The notes under the pieces are model-generated. The model was not told the origin of the DNA. It saw only the letters and a list, made by a program, of their open reading frames with translations, and ran no database searches. DNA of 64,000 nucleotides. It comes from an uncultured Latescibacterota bacterium. Lineage in GTDB: Bacteria > Latescibacterota > UBA2968. The translations under genes and the position numbers were made by a program. This document shows positions 37,467 through 47,407 of the stretch, in pieces. The stretch covers positions 3,328,385-3,392,384 of the forward strand of contig OY282377.1 of the NCBI GenBank assembly GCA_958295785.1, given 5' to 3'. Position 1 is the stretch's first letter; every line of letters starts with the position of its first letter.

Positions 37467-38948
37467 ATGCCCAAACAACCCAATATTCTGTTTGTGTTGA
37501 CCGATCAGCAACGCTGGGATACCATCCACGCGGCGGGCAATCCGCATATTCGCACGCCAGTGATGGATCGGCTCTGCCGCGAGGGCGTGAATTTTACCAA
37601 GGGATATACGCCATCGCCGGTTTGCGTGTCGGCGCGCGCATCGATCATCACCGGGCAATATCCGCACAACAACGGCTGTTTTGACAATGGATTCCCGCAA
37701 CCGACAGACCGCCCCTCGTTGATGGACTGCCTCGCGCGGGCAGGGTATTATTGTCACGGCGTTGGGAAGATGCACTTTACGGGTGATCGAAGGGGACTGC
37801 GGGGATTTCACACGCGCGATGTACAGGAAGAACTTTGCGGGGCGGTCGATGTGGACGATTACCTGAAGTTCGTACACGCGCAGGGCTTTGACCACGTCCA
37901 CGATGTGATGGGCGCGCGCGGGGAGATGTATTATATCCCGCAGATTTCCCAACTGCCCGCCCGCCTTCATCCCACCGCCTGGGTGGCGGACCGCAGCATT
38001 GACTTTTTGCAAAACCGCGATGCGTCCAAGCCGTTTTTTTTGTGGTCGAGTTTCATCCATCCGCACCCGCCGTTTTCCCCGCCAACGCCGTGGAACAAAC
38101 TCTATCGCGGCGCGTTGATGCCCTTGCCCAAACGCCCCGATAACACGGAAGACCTGTGGACGCATTTCAATCGCCATCAGAATCGCTACAAGTACCGCGA
38201 TGCGGGGTTGGATGATCGCATGTTGCAAGTGATGCGCGGGTATTACTGGGCGTGTGTGTCGTTTATCGACTACAGCGTGGGGCGAATCATCGACGCACTC
38301 GAAAAACAAGGGGAATTGGATCATACCCTGATTGTCTGGTCGTCTGATCACGGCGAGTTGCTCGGGGATTACAACTGTTTTGGCAAGCGCAGTTTTCTCG
38401 ACGCGGCCGCGCGCGTGCCCATGCTGGCGCGCTATCCCGACCGATTCCCGTGCGGTGTCGCGGAAGAAACGCCCTGTGGTTCGATGGATTTGATGCCGAC
38501 GTTTTTGGGCGCCGCGGGCGTTTCTGAAGTCGAGGCGGATTTGGACGGTTTGGACATGGCGGGTATGGTCGGCAGCGAGAACAAGCGCGTGATTTACGGG
38601 CAGATTCAGCGCGGCCAGCGCGGCGTGTACATGGCGTACAACGGCGATTTGAAATACATTTATTCGGCGGGCGATCAAAAGGAATATTTGCTCGACCACC
38701 GCGTAGATGCAGAAGAGACGCGCAATTGTGCGTACAATGTGCTGTACGCCTCAGCCGTGAAAGCCATGCGCGAAAACCTGATTGGCTTCTTTCAGGACGA
38801 GGGCTATACCGAACCCTTAGATGGCGGCAATTGGAAAGCCTTTGATCGAATTGCCGATCCCAAAAGCGCGGATGCAAATTTGTTGATCCAAGATGCGGGT
38901 TGGGCGACTCCCCACTACCGTATTCCGGGGTATTCGAGTACCCCATGA
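37467..38948 (+). CDS. sulfatase-family hydrolase
   Basis: NILFVLTDQQRWD, and the site C-V-S-A-R where the formylglycine C-x-P-x-R normally sits. Confidence 0.7.
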   Translation: MPKQPNILFVLTDQQRWDTIHAAGNPHIRTPVMDRLCREGVNFTKGYTPSPVCVSARASIITGQYPHNNGCFDNGFPQPTDRPSLMDCLARAGYYCHGVGKMHFTGDRRGLRGFHTRDVQEELCGAVDVDDYLKFVHAQGFDHVHDVMGARGEMYYIPQISQLPARLHPTAWVADRSIDFLQNRDASKPFFLWSSFIHPHPPFSPPTPWNKLYRGALMPLPKRPDNTEDLWTHFNRHQNRYKYRDAGLDDRMLQVMRGYYWACVSFIDYSVGRIIDALEKQGELDHTLIVWSSDHGELLGDYNCFGKRSFLDAAARVPMLARYPDRFPCGVAEETPCGSMDLMPTFLGAAGVSEVEADLDGLDMAGMVGSENKRVIYGQIQRGQRGVYMAYNGDLKYIYSAGDQKEYLLDHRVDAEETRNCAYNVLYASAVKAMRENLIGFFQDEGYTEPLDGGNWKAFDRIADPKSADANLLIQDAGWATPHYRIPGYSSTP

Positions 38949-39111
38949 GAGGATGAGCAACAACTTTGACCTTGCCAATGCTTTCCCCATGCCGCATTCT
39001 AACGACAATCCGCAAACAGTGTTTGGGACGATGCGTAAACACATACATTAACGCATCAAATATTTCGCGGACTCGGCAGCTATTTGAACAAAAGATTCAT
39101 CCGTAAATCAA

Positions 39112-39141
39112 AAAGAGCCTATTTTACAGGCTCTTTTTTTT
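39112..39141 (+). terminator. rho-independent terminator
   Basis: aaagagcctattttacaggctct + T8. Confidence 0.6.
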
Positions 39142-39194
39142 GGCATAATCATTGCATTAGAGATTGCAAAAACGCCGATTTCAAACGAGGCATT

Positions 39195-40304
39195 ATGTGC
39201 GATTATGCCCTACCTTGGTTGGTGCTCTACGCAGTGCCGGGCCTGGGGCCTGCTGCTTACTGCGCCCTTATCGAGCATTTTGAAACGCCCGAGAATATTC
39301 TTTCGCAATCTCCCCAATCGCTTTGCAGTGTCCCCGGCATTGGCCCGAGCACGGCGCAATCTATCTGTTGCAACCGGGACTGGGCATGGGCGCGTGATCA
39401 AGTTGCGCGGGTGCAGGGCATGGGCATTCAAATTTGCACGCTTTCCGATCCACTCTATCCCACCATTCTAACCCAAATCTACGCCCCGCCCTCGCTGCTG
39501 TTTGTAAAAGGCGACATCAGGGTGTGCCACCAGCCCACAATCAGCATCGTGGGATCGCGTTCCTACACGGCGTATGGACGAGAAACCGCGCATCGCCTAG
39601 GGGGCGATCTCGCCAGATCGGGGATCACTGTGGTCAGCGGCATGGCCGTTGGCATCGATGCCCATGCACACCGCGGCGCGCTCGAGCACGGCGTGACCGC
39701 AACGGTGCTCGGCAGCAGTTTGGATCGCCCCTAGCCCCCTGAAAACCGCGCCCTATTTGACCAGATTTGCGAACGCGGCGTTGTGTTATCGGAATTTCCC
39801 TTGGGCACGGCGCCAGAGCCGCACAACTTTCCCAGGCGCAACCGCATCATCAGCGGCTTGAGCTTGGGCACGGTCGTTGTTGAGGCCGGCACGCGGAGCG
39901 GAGCGCTGATCACCGCCCAATTTGCCCTTGACCAGAACCGCGATGTGTTTGCGGTCCCCGGTCCGATTTATTCGGGCAAAAGCCGGGGCACCAATGGCCT
40001 GCTTCGCCAAGGCGCCATTCTCGTTCAAATGGCGCAAGATATTTTGAGCGAGATCGAACTGCATCCCCCATCCTCCGATCAATCCCCTGAGCAAAACACG
40101 CCCCGCGATCCCGTTCTCCCCGAGCGAGAACAGCGCGTATGGGACGGCCTCGCACGCCTGTCTGACGCCGATGCCCCAGTGCATATTGACGCGCTTGCAA
40201 GGGAGACGGGATTCTCTTCTGGCGAGGCCCTCGACATCCTCTTGGGGCTTGAAATACAATGTCATGTCGAGCAACTGCCGGGCATGCTTTTTAAGCGCAA
40301 GTGA
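39195..40304 (+). pseudogene. dprA: DNA processing protein DprA with in-frame TAG (39732-39734) at the conserved Tyr of the LDxxYPxEN motif
   Basis: ..VGIDAHAHRGALEHGVTATVLGSSLDRP*PPENRALFDQICERGVVLSEFPLGT..RNRIISGLSLGTVVVEAGTRSGALITA. Both halves are in one frame. Confidence 0.7.
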
Positions 40305-40449
40305 AGCGCGGATGGACGAATAGACAGAACGGAGTACAACTGCGTAGCAGTTTATCAGCGACATGAATCGTAGGGGCGCGGCCCCTGTGCCCGCCCGAAC
40401 AGAGAAATAGACAAATGGACAGAACGGGCATAGGTATGCCATCCCATAC

Positions 40450-40503
40450 AAAGAGAGCCTTCTCACCCGCTTACGCACGCGGGAAAAAGGCTCTCTTTTG
40501 CTT
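40450..40503. terminator. bidirectional hairpin between dprA (+) and lexA (-)
   Basis: aaagagagcctt...aaggctctcttt has a 12-bp stem with T-rich tails on both strands. Confidence 0.5.
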
Positions 40504-40517
40504 CAATGGCGCATCGT

Positions 40518-41141
40518 TCAAAAAGACCGCATCAAACCGACAATTTTACCGGCGATTCGGAATGAATCGGAACTTTTACCTACCACAATGGGTTGGTAGG
40601 CTTTGTTTTCGGGCATCAATTTGACTTGCGAACCCTCTCGATAATAGCGTTTGACCGTGGCTTCTTCGCCGATCACAGCCACGACAATCTCGCCTTGATG
40701 CGCGGATTCTTGCTGCCGTGCGAGCACAAAATCGCCATCGAAAATCCCGGCATCGCGCATGCTATCGCCCTCGACTTTGAGGGCAAACACATTGCCTCGC
40801 GGCACAAAACCGGAATCCACTGCGAGCGTGCGCTCGATGTTTTCCGTTGCGAGGATGGGTTCGCCGGCAGCCACGCGACCGATCACGGGCACTTCGCGCA
40901 CATCGCCGGAAAGAGACGCATCTTGGTAATCCGTCAATTCAATGCTGCGCGACAACATGGCGGTTCGCCGAATATACCCCTTTTTTTCTAAGGCAGTCAG
41001 GGTGGTTCGCACGCCATTGGTCGATGCAATGCCAAACGCCACCATGATTTCTCGGATCGTAGGTGGGTAGCCATTGTTGCGGATCACCTGAGCGATGAAA
41101 TCGTATATCTCTTGCTGGCGTGCAGTGAGTTTTTTTCGCAT
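40518..41141 (-). CDS. lexA: LexA repressor
   Basis: N-terminal winged HTH. AG cleavage site VAAGEPI. S24 peptidase motifs GDSM ... KRY. Confidence 0.85.
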   Translation of the reverse strand: MRKKLTARQQEIYDFIAQVIRNNGYPPTIREIMVAFGIASTNGVRTTLTALEKKGYIRRTAMLSRSIELTDYQDASLSGDVREVPVIGRVAAGEPILATENIERTLAVDSGFVPRGNVFALKVEGDSMRDAGIFDGDFVLARQQESAHQGEIVVAVIGEEATVKRYYREGSQVKLMPENKAYQPIVVGKSSDSFRIAGKIVGLMRSF

Positions 41142-41557
41142 AACACACCTCCTTATTTCGAGTGAAAGACCTTTTTCCCTTCACATGCACATTTGAATAT
41201 AGTGAACGTTAGTGCATCCGTCAAGTTTTTATTCAAAATAAATTCCGATTTCCGCCCAAAGTTCCCGACCTTCGCCCGCTCTAAACGTTGCGAATCCCTC
41301 CGCATATCCTCTGCTTGACACCGCAAATACCCCCTTGTATTTTATGTTTGTGAACATACGAATAGACGGAACGGGGGTACAACTGGCCGTTGAACGGGCT
41401 TGAGAGGCAACCCGTTGTACCCCATTGCTCAGGCTGGTTCATCAATGTCGAACGGGTCTGCGGCAGCAAATCATCTACGCAGGTAGTGGTTTCGGCTAGA
41501 TGGTGGCCTTCTCGCGTTTTGCCTCTCGCTTCTCGCCTTCAGATCGGAAAGAGTACC

Positions 41558-42508
41558 ATGAAAAATCTCGCGTTTGACACGTACGTACCCTTTGCCTGGC
41601 AGGGCATTGGCTTGGCGATTCCCTCGGAATGGAATCCCGGCAAAATATCGGGAGAGGCCAACTCGGGCGAAGCGCGCCTCGATGATTCGCAAATTGCGCG
41701 TCTCGAGCTCGAATGGAAAGAAGCGCGGGGGGATGACCGCGTGGCGCAAATTGTGGATCGCTATATCGAGGGACTGGCAAAAAATGCCAAAAAACAAAAG
41801 AGTCGCCTGCGCGTTGAACGCAATCCCCAAGCGATTGACCTCGACCTTCCCGCCATGCAAAACACGCAGTATTTTTTGTGGGAATCGCGTTATACAGTCC
41901 ACACCTTGGCGACGTATAGCCCCATCTCGGATCGTCTCATTTTTATTCGCATCATGGAGCACCCAGATGAAACCCTCACCCCTGTTCTGCCCCGCGTTCT
42001 CAACACGCTTCGAGACACCGCGCCCGGCGAACCCTATACATGGGCACTCTACGACCTGATCTGCCAATCTCCGCCCGGATATGAACTCGAAAATTTTGAC
42101 CTCAAATCCGGGCATATAGGCTTGAAATTTGAAAGGGAAAACACCCTGCTCAACATCGACCGCCTCAGCTTGGCGCGCACCATTCTCAACAACAAAAATC
42201 TCGATGAGTGGTACATGGAGTTTTTTGCCAAAAGCCTCCGACACATGCACGTTGAAACCGATCTCCAAATCCGTGGTCCCAACCTCGTGCTCTCGGTCAA
42301 TGGCCGCCCCAAGAGCCGCTGGCATGGCCTGCTTCAGCCCTTGCCCTTTTGGAACACGCGCCCCCGGCAAAATCTATCGGGACGGGTTTGGACGGATTTG
42401 GAGGCGAATAAAATTTTTGCTGTTCAAACATTTTGGAAAAATTCCGAAGACGCGCCAGATTTGGATGCTTGTTGCGCGGACGTAACAGCCATTTCCAACG
42501 GAACGTAA
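41558..42508 (+). CDS. hypothetical protein (317 aa), divergent from lexA
   Basis: RBS GGAAAGAG. Protein-like composition. No family recognised. Confidence 0.45.
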   Translation: MKNLAFDTYVPFAWQGIGLAIPSEWNPGKISGEANSGEARLDDSQIARLELEWKEARGDDRVAQIVDRYIEGLAKNAKKQKSRLRVERNPQAIDLDLPAMQNTQYFLWESRYTVHTLATYSPISDRLIFIRIMEHPDETLTPVLPRVLNTLRDTAPGEPYTWALYDLICQSPPGYELENFDLKSGHIGLKFERENTLLNIDRLSLARTILNNKNLDEWYMEFFAKSLRHMHVETDLQIRGPNLVLSVNGRPKSRWHGLLQPLPFWNTRPRQNLSGRVWTDLEANKIFAVQTFWKNSEDAPDLDACCADVTAISNGT

Positions 42509-42527
42509 AAAACTGTGGAGTTCTGAT

Positions 42528-42950
42528 ATGTTCTTTAAGAAACAACCCAAAATTGGCCGCGAGGCCATGTTCAAATCCAAGCCCGTTCGCAACAATCAGG
42601 TCGAATGGGAGAAAAATGACGACGGCGAAATTCACGTCACCCTCACGCGCGGCGATTCGTGGAAGGTGCGTACCCTTTCCAAAATTTTCTGGATTCCCAA
42701 GACAAAAACCCTGGTGCTCGACGAAATTGGCGCGCAGGTCTGGGATATGTGCGACGGTCGCACAACTGTCGAAGCCATCATCAAACGCCTGGGCAAAACC
42801 CACCAACTCAATTTGAAAGAAGCCGAAATCTCGTTGCTCGCCTATCTCAAAAAGCTCGGGCAAAAGGGATTGCTCGGGTTTGCCGTTTCAAAAAAAGACC
42901 TGCCCGGCAGCAAGCGCCGCAGACGCGCCAGCGGCAAGGCATGGGGATGA
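42528..42950 (+). CDS. PqqD-family (RiPP recognition element-like) protein
   Basis: VLDEIGAQVWDMCDGRTTVEAIIKRLGKTHQLNLKEAEISLLAYLKKLGQKGLL matches the PqqD/RRE pattern. Confidence 0.55.
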   Translation: MFFKKQPKIGREAMFKSKPVRNNQVEWEKNDDGEIHVTLTRGDSWKVRTLSKIFWIPKTKTLVLDEIGAQVWDMCDGRTTVEAIIKRLGKTHQLNLKEAEISLLAYLKKLGQKGLLGFAVSKKDLPGSKRRRRASGKAWG

Positions 42951-43002
42951 GCCGCACAGGCGAGTATAGCCTACAACGCAAACTTCAGACGAGGAGAACA
43001 CC

Positions 43003-43581
43003 ATGAGCGAAGCCATCGCCTTTGACACACATCAATTCGTCAAGCACCTGACAGCCAATGGCTTTACCGAACAACAGGCCGAGGTCCTGGCCAACGAGCA
43101 GGTCAACTTGCTCAACAGCAACTTGGCAACCAAATCCGACATCGCGGCTGTCAAGGCCGATATCGAGGCTGTCAAGGCCGACATCGAGGCCCTACAGTTG
43201 GCTATTGAGTCCAAAATCGAGACCCAGCAGTTGGAGACCGAGTCCAAAATTGAGGCACTGCGATTGTCCACCAAGGCCGACATCGAGGCGCTGCGATTGG
43301 CGACTGAGTCCAAAATTGAGGCACTGCAATTGTCCACCAAGGCCGACATTGAGGCTGTCAAAGCCGACATCGAGGCGTTGCGATTGGCGACTAAAGCTGA
43401 TCTTGAGGCCCAGCAGTTGGCGACTGAGTCCAAAATTGAGGCGTTGCGCCTGTCCACTGAAGCCAAAATTGAGGCTATCAAATCCGATCTGCTGAAATGG
43501 ATATTTGGCCTCGCGCTCAGCTTGGGCGGCCTGATAGTCGGTCTATTTGCCATCGCAATCAAGATGCTTGGGGCGAACTGA
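43003..43581 (+). CDS. DUF1640-like tail-anchored hendecad-repeat protein, locus 2 copy 1
   Basis: MSEAIAFDTHQFVKHLTANGFTEQQAEVLANEQ..LATKSDI, then 11-aa repeats IEALRLATESK etc., then a C-terminal TM helix. Confidence 0.6.
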   Translation: MSEAIAFDTHQFVKHLTANGFTEQQAEVLANEQVNLLNSNLATKSDIAAVKADIEAVKADIEALQLAIESKIETQQLETESKIEALRLSTKADIEALRLATESKIEALQLSTKADIEAVKADIEALRLATKADLEAQQLATESKIEALRLSTEAKIEAIKSDLLKWIFGLALSLGGLIVGLFAIAIKMLGAN

Positions 43582-43676
43582 ATTTGTCTGTCCGTTATAT
43601 GCCAGCGGCAAGGCCTGGGGATGAGCCGCACAGGCGAGTATAGCCTATAACGCGAACTTCAGACGAGGAGAACACC

Positions 43677-44342
43677 ATGAGCGAAGCCATCGCCTTTGAC
43701 ACGCATCAATTCGTCAAGCACCTGACAGCCAATGGCTTTACCGAACAACAGGCCGAGGTCCTGGCCAACGAGCAGGTCAACTTGCTCAACAGCAACTTGG
43801 CAACCAAATCCGACATCGCGGCTGTCAAGGCCGATATCGAGGCTGTCAAGGCCGACATCGAGGCCCTACAGTTGGCTATTGAGTCCAAAATCGAGACCCA
43901 GCAGTTGGAGACCGAGTCCAAAATCGAGGCACTGCGATTGTCCACCAAGGCCGACATTGAGGCTGTCAAGGCCGACATCGAGGCGCTGCGATTGGCGACT
44001 GAGTCCAAAATTGAGGCACTGCAATTGTCCACTAAGTCCGACATTGAGGCTGTCAAGGCCGACATCGAGGCGCTGCGATTGGCGACTGAGTCCAAAATTG
44101 AGGCACTGCAATTGTCCACCAAGGCCGACATTGAGGCCCTGCGATTGGCGACTAAAGCTGATCTTGAGGCCCAGCAGTTGGCGACTGAGTCCAAAATTGA
44201 GGCGTTGCGCCTGTCCACTGAAGCCAAAATTGAGGCTATCAAATCCGATCTTTTGAAATGGATATTCGGCCTCGCGCTCAGCTTGGGCGGCCTGATAGTC
44301 GGTCTGTTTGCCATCGCAATCAAAATGCTTGGGGCGAACTAA
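43677..44342 (+). CDS. DUF1640-like tail-anchored hendecad-repeat protein, locus 2 copy 2 (29 aa longer)
   Basis: Tandem duplicate of 43003..43581 with the repeat region expanded. Confidence 0.6.
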   Translation: MSEAIAFDTHQFVKHLTANGFTEQQAEVLANEQVNLLNSNLATKSDIAAVKADIEAVKADIEALQLAIESKIETQQLETESKIEALRLSTKADIEAVKADIEALRLATESKIEALQLSTKSDIEAVKADIEALRLATESKIEALQLSTKADIEALRLATKADLEAQQLATESKIEALRLSTEAKIEAIKSDLLKWIFGLALSLGGLIVGLFAIAIKMLGAN

Positions 44343-44380
44343 ATTTGTCTGTCCGCCGAAGGAAACATCAATGGAACTTC

Positions 44381-44616
44381 TTTTTATTTGGTTTCTGTTT
44401 GGCATTGTCAGCGCGGTGGTTGCCACAACAAAAGGACGAAGTGGTTGTGGTTGGTTTGCCCTTGGAATTTTGCTCGGTCCATTTGGTTGCATTCTGGCAT
44501 TGGTCGTTCCAAAAAATCAGGCCGTGGCCGAGAAAGAAGCCGTTAAACGCGGCGAGATGAAAAAGTGCCCATACTGTGCTGAACTGATAAAAGCAGAAGC
44601 GATTAAGAGTCCCTAA
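44381..44616 (+). CDS. small 2-TM protein with C-terminal half zinc-ribbon, 3' end supplied by a MITE
   Basis: MELLFIWFLFGIVSAVV..GILLGPFGCILALVV..KKCPYCAELIKAEAIKSP*. The stop TAA lies inside the MITE TIR (ccctaacaaa). Confidence 0.4.
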
Positions 44617-44722
44617 CAAAAAGCGTTGCCCTGGATTTGTGAGAGACAGACTTTGAGGCATTCCTGCGGGTGTTCACTCATCTGTTTCAGACGCTTGATT
44701 TCTTTATGTTAGGGCTTCTAAG
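44604..44722 (-). mobile_element. MITE copy 2 (inverted orientation), TAA TSD
   Basis: taa|gagtccctaacaaaaag ... ctttatgttagggcttc|taa. Confidence 0.8.
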
Positions 44723-44793
44723 TGTCGCTATTGCGGAGAAGATGTAACCGGAAATTAGCCGACGTATCTTTCGATTTTTTTTTGAGTTTAATC

Positions 44794-44822
44794 TTGACAT
44801 TTTTGTATGCTTTGGGTAAGTT
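44794..44822 (+). promoter_or_regulatory. putative sigma70 promoter of the suf operon
   Basis: TTGACA-N17-TAAGTT ~40 nt upstream of sufB. The -10 element is weak. Confidence 0.3.
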
Positions 44823-44858
44823 TGCGCGGTGCTGACCCTTTCAATAAGGAGTTTTACC

Positions 44859-46328
44859 ATGAGTTCCCAAACGCAAGAGCTCGAAACGCTGGCGACGGGC
44901 GATTACAAATTTGGCTGGGTGACGGATATCGAGCAGGAATCCGCCCCCCCAGGTCTGAATGAAGACATCATTCAATTTATCTCCGAGAAAAAAAACGAGC
45001 CCGATTGGTTGCTCGCATGGCGCTTGAAAGCCTATCGCCACTGGCTGACCATGACCGACCCGCTCAAGCGCAAAAAGAGCGAGCAGTGGGCGATGGTCAC
45101 ATATCCGGATATCGACTATCAGCGCATCGTGTACTACGCCGCGCCCAAGAATGCGGGTGAGGGGCCGGAAAGTTTGGACGAGGTCGATCCCGAACTTCTG
45201 GCGACTTATGAAAAACTCGGCATTCCCCTCGAAGAGCAAAAAATGCTGACCGGCGTGGCTGTCGATGCGGTTTTTGACAGCGTTTCCGTGGCGACGACCT
45301 TTAAGGAAACCCTGGCCGAGGCGGGGGTCATTTTCTGCTCGTTTTCAGAAGCCGTGCAAGAGCATCCCGATCTGGTGAGAAAGTATCTCGGTTCGGTCGT
45401 GCCGCATACCGACAATTATTTTGCGGCCCTCAACTCGGCGGTCTTCAGCGATGGGTCGTTCTGCTATATCCCCAAGGGCGTGCGCTGCCCAATGGAGCTA
45501 TCGACGTATTTCCGCATCAACGCCGCCAACACAGGCCAATTTGAACGCACCCTCGTCATCGCCGATGAGGGGGCTTATGTGTCGTATTTGGAAGGATGCA
45601 CAGCGCCGATGCGCGACGAAAATCAGCTTCACGCCGCAGTGGTGGAGCTCGTCGCGCTGGGCAATGCACAGATCAAATACGCCACAGTGCAAAACTGGTA
45701 TCCGGGCGACATCAACGGCAAGGGCGGCATTTACAACTTCGTCACCAAACGCGGCGCGTGCCGGGGCGTCAATGCCAAAATTTCGTGGACGCAAGTAGAG
45801 ACGGGCTCGGCCATTACGTGGAAATATCCGAGTTGCATTTTGCAAGGCGACAACTCGGTGGGCGAATTTTACTCGGTCGCTGTCACCTCCCTCAAGCAGC
45901 AGGCCGACACTGGCACCAAGATGATCCACATCGGCAAAAACACGCGGAGTACCATCATCTCCAAAGGCATCTCTGCCCTGCGCGGGCAAAACACCTATCG
46001 CGGTGCCGTGCAAGTGCTCAAGGGCGCGCGCGACGCCAGAAATTTTACCCAATGCGATTCCATGCTCATCGGCGACCAGTGCGGCGCGCACACCTTTCCC
46101 TATATCGACGTCCGCAATCCCTCCGCACAGGTCGAACACGAGGCCACCACGTCCAAAATTGGCGAAGATCAAATTTTCTATTGCAACCAGCGCGGCATCT
46201 CCACAGAAGACGCGGTTTCCCTGATCGTCAATGGGTTTTGCAAGGAAGTCCTGGCAGAATTGCCCATGGAATTTGCAGTCGAAGCCCAAAAACTCCTCGG
46301 CATCAGCCTCGAGGGCAGTGTGGGATAG
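44859..46328 (+). CDS. sufB: Fe-S cluster assembly protein SufB
   Basis: RBS AAGGAG. Characteristic SufB sequence throughout, e.g. [43 protein letters not shown]. Confidence 0.9.
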   Translation: MSSQTQELETLATGDYKFGWVTDIEQESAPPGLNEDIIQFISEKKNEPDWLLAWRLKAYRHWLTMTDPLKRKKSEQWAMVTYPDIDYQRIVYYAAPKNAGEGPESLDEVDPELLATYEKLGIPLEEQKMLTGVAVDAVFDSVSVATTFKETLAEAGVIFCSFSEAVQEHPDLVRKYLGSVVPHTDNYFAALNSAVFSDGSFCYIPKGVRCPMELSTYFRINAANTGQFERTLVIADEGAYVSYLEGCTAPMRDENQLHAAVVELVALGNAQIKYATVQNWYPGDINGKGGIYNFVTKRGACRGVNAKISWTQVETGSAITWKYPSCILQGDNSVGEFYSVAVTSLKQQADTGTKMIHIGKNTRSTIISKGISALRGQNTYRGAVQVLKGARDARNFTQCDSMLIGDQCGAHTFPYIDVRNPSAQVEHEATTSKIGEDQIFYCNQRGISTEDAVSLIVNGFCKEVLAELPMEFAVEAQKLLGISLEGSVG

Positions 46329-46360
46329 GAACTATCCGAAAGCGCAAAGGAGGCCATCAC

Positions 46361-47407
46361 ATGGCAAAACAAATTGCACTCTTCAATCACAAGGGCGGCG
46401 TGAGCAAGACAACGACCACCTTCAACCTCGGCTGGATGCTGGCGAACAAGGGGAAGAAGGTGATCCTCGCCGACTGCGACCCGCAGTGCAATCTCACGGG
46501 CATGGTTTTAGGATTCATGGATGCTTGGGATTTTTCATCGACTTACGAGTCAAAAAAGGTGAAAAATATCCGCGATGGTCTCGCCCCCGCTTTTGAATCT
46601 CGGCCAGCACCTATTGAACCGGTAGTCTGCGAGCCAATCAAGGGGCAACCTAACATGCACCTGTTGCCCGGTCACATTGGCCTCGCCGAATACGAAGTCA
46701 CCTTGGGTATTGCACAAGAGTTGTCAGGCTCGCTCGTAACCCTACAGAACTTGCCAGGCTCTCTTCACCATCTCTTTTCTAAAACTGCCGAGAAGTACGA
46801 CGCCGATTTTATCCTTGTGGATATGAGCCCGAGTCTGGGGCCCATTAACCAAAACCTTCTGATGACGAGTGACTATTTCATCGTACCGATGATGCCGGAT
46901 TACTTCTCGGCGATGGCGACGGATAGCCTTGCCTCTATTTTGCCCAAGTGGTCAGAATGGGCAAAGGAAGCAAAAAAAATAAAAGCGCTCAGGGAGGCGA
47001 TTTATCCTTTTCCCGATAAGACACCCAAATTTCTCGGTATGATCGTTCAGAAATTTAGGCCAAAAAAAGAAATTCCTGCCGCTGCATTCCAAAATTGGAT
47101 CGATCAAATAGAAAAAGGAGTTGGGGAAAAGCTCATACCCGTGTTAAGAGAACGCGATATGTTGCTTCCAGAGAAGGTCTATCAAAAAAATGGCTTTCAG
47201 ATAGACCAACCGCTTCTTCAGATGGCAGACTTCAACAGTCTGATCGCCCTTTCGCAAAAGCACAACGCTCCTATTTTCGATTTGACCGATGAGCAAATTG
47301 GACAAACGGGAGTCGTGCTTGAAAGTACCAAGAAATCCATGCTTCAATTTCGGGATTTATACGCCAAAGGGGCGGATCTAATCATAAAGCTCGTTGAACA
47401 TGCTTAG
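46361..47407 (+). CDS. ParA/MinD-superfamily ATPase (deviant Walker A), AT-rich insertion in the suf operon
   Basis: RBS AAGGAGG. NHKGGVSKTTTTFNLGWMLANKGKKVILADCDPQCNLT. Its 3' end overlaps the next ORF by 8 nt. Confidence 0.7.
   Translation: MAKQIALFNHKGGVSKTTTTFNLGWMLANKGKKVILADCDPQCNLTGMVLGFMDAWDFSSTYESKKVKNIRDGLAPAFESRPAPIEPVVCEPIKGQPNMHLLPGHIGLAEYEVTLGIAQELSGSLVTLQNLPGSLHHLFSKTAEKYDADFILVDMSPSLGPINQNLLMTSDYFIVPMMPDYFSAMATDSLASILPKWSEWAKEAKKIKALREAIYPFPDKTPKFLGMIVQKFRPKKEIPAAAFQNWIDQIEKGVGEKLIPVLRERDMLLPEKVYQKNGFQIDQPLLQMADFNSLIALSQKHNAPIFDLTDEQIGQTGVVLESTKKSMLQFRDLYAKGADLIIKLVEHA

Noticed and set aside
41142-41557. LexA/SOS box upstream of lexA and the divergent operon
   Set aside because: No clean match to the CTGT-N8-ACAG, GAAC-N4-GTTC or GTAC-type consensus. 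The only candidate (GTGAACGTTAGTG) is imperfect. The phylum-specific consensus is unknown.
41471-42370. 299-aa minus-strand ORF
   Set aside because: Antisense to the plus-strand gene, which has an RBS and protein-like composition. GC-rich spurious frame.
45596-47407. 603-aa plus-strand ORF spanning sufB and the parA-like gene
   Set aside because: Read-through of an alternate frame across sufB. The genuine parA-like gene starts at ATG 46361 with AAGGAGG RBS.
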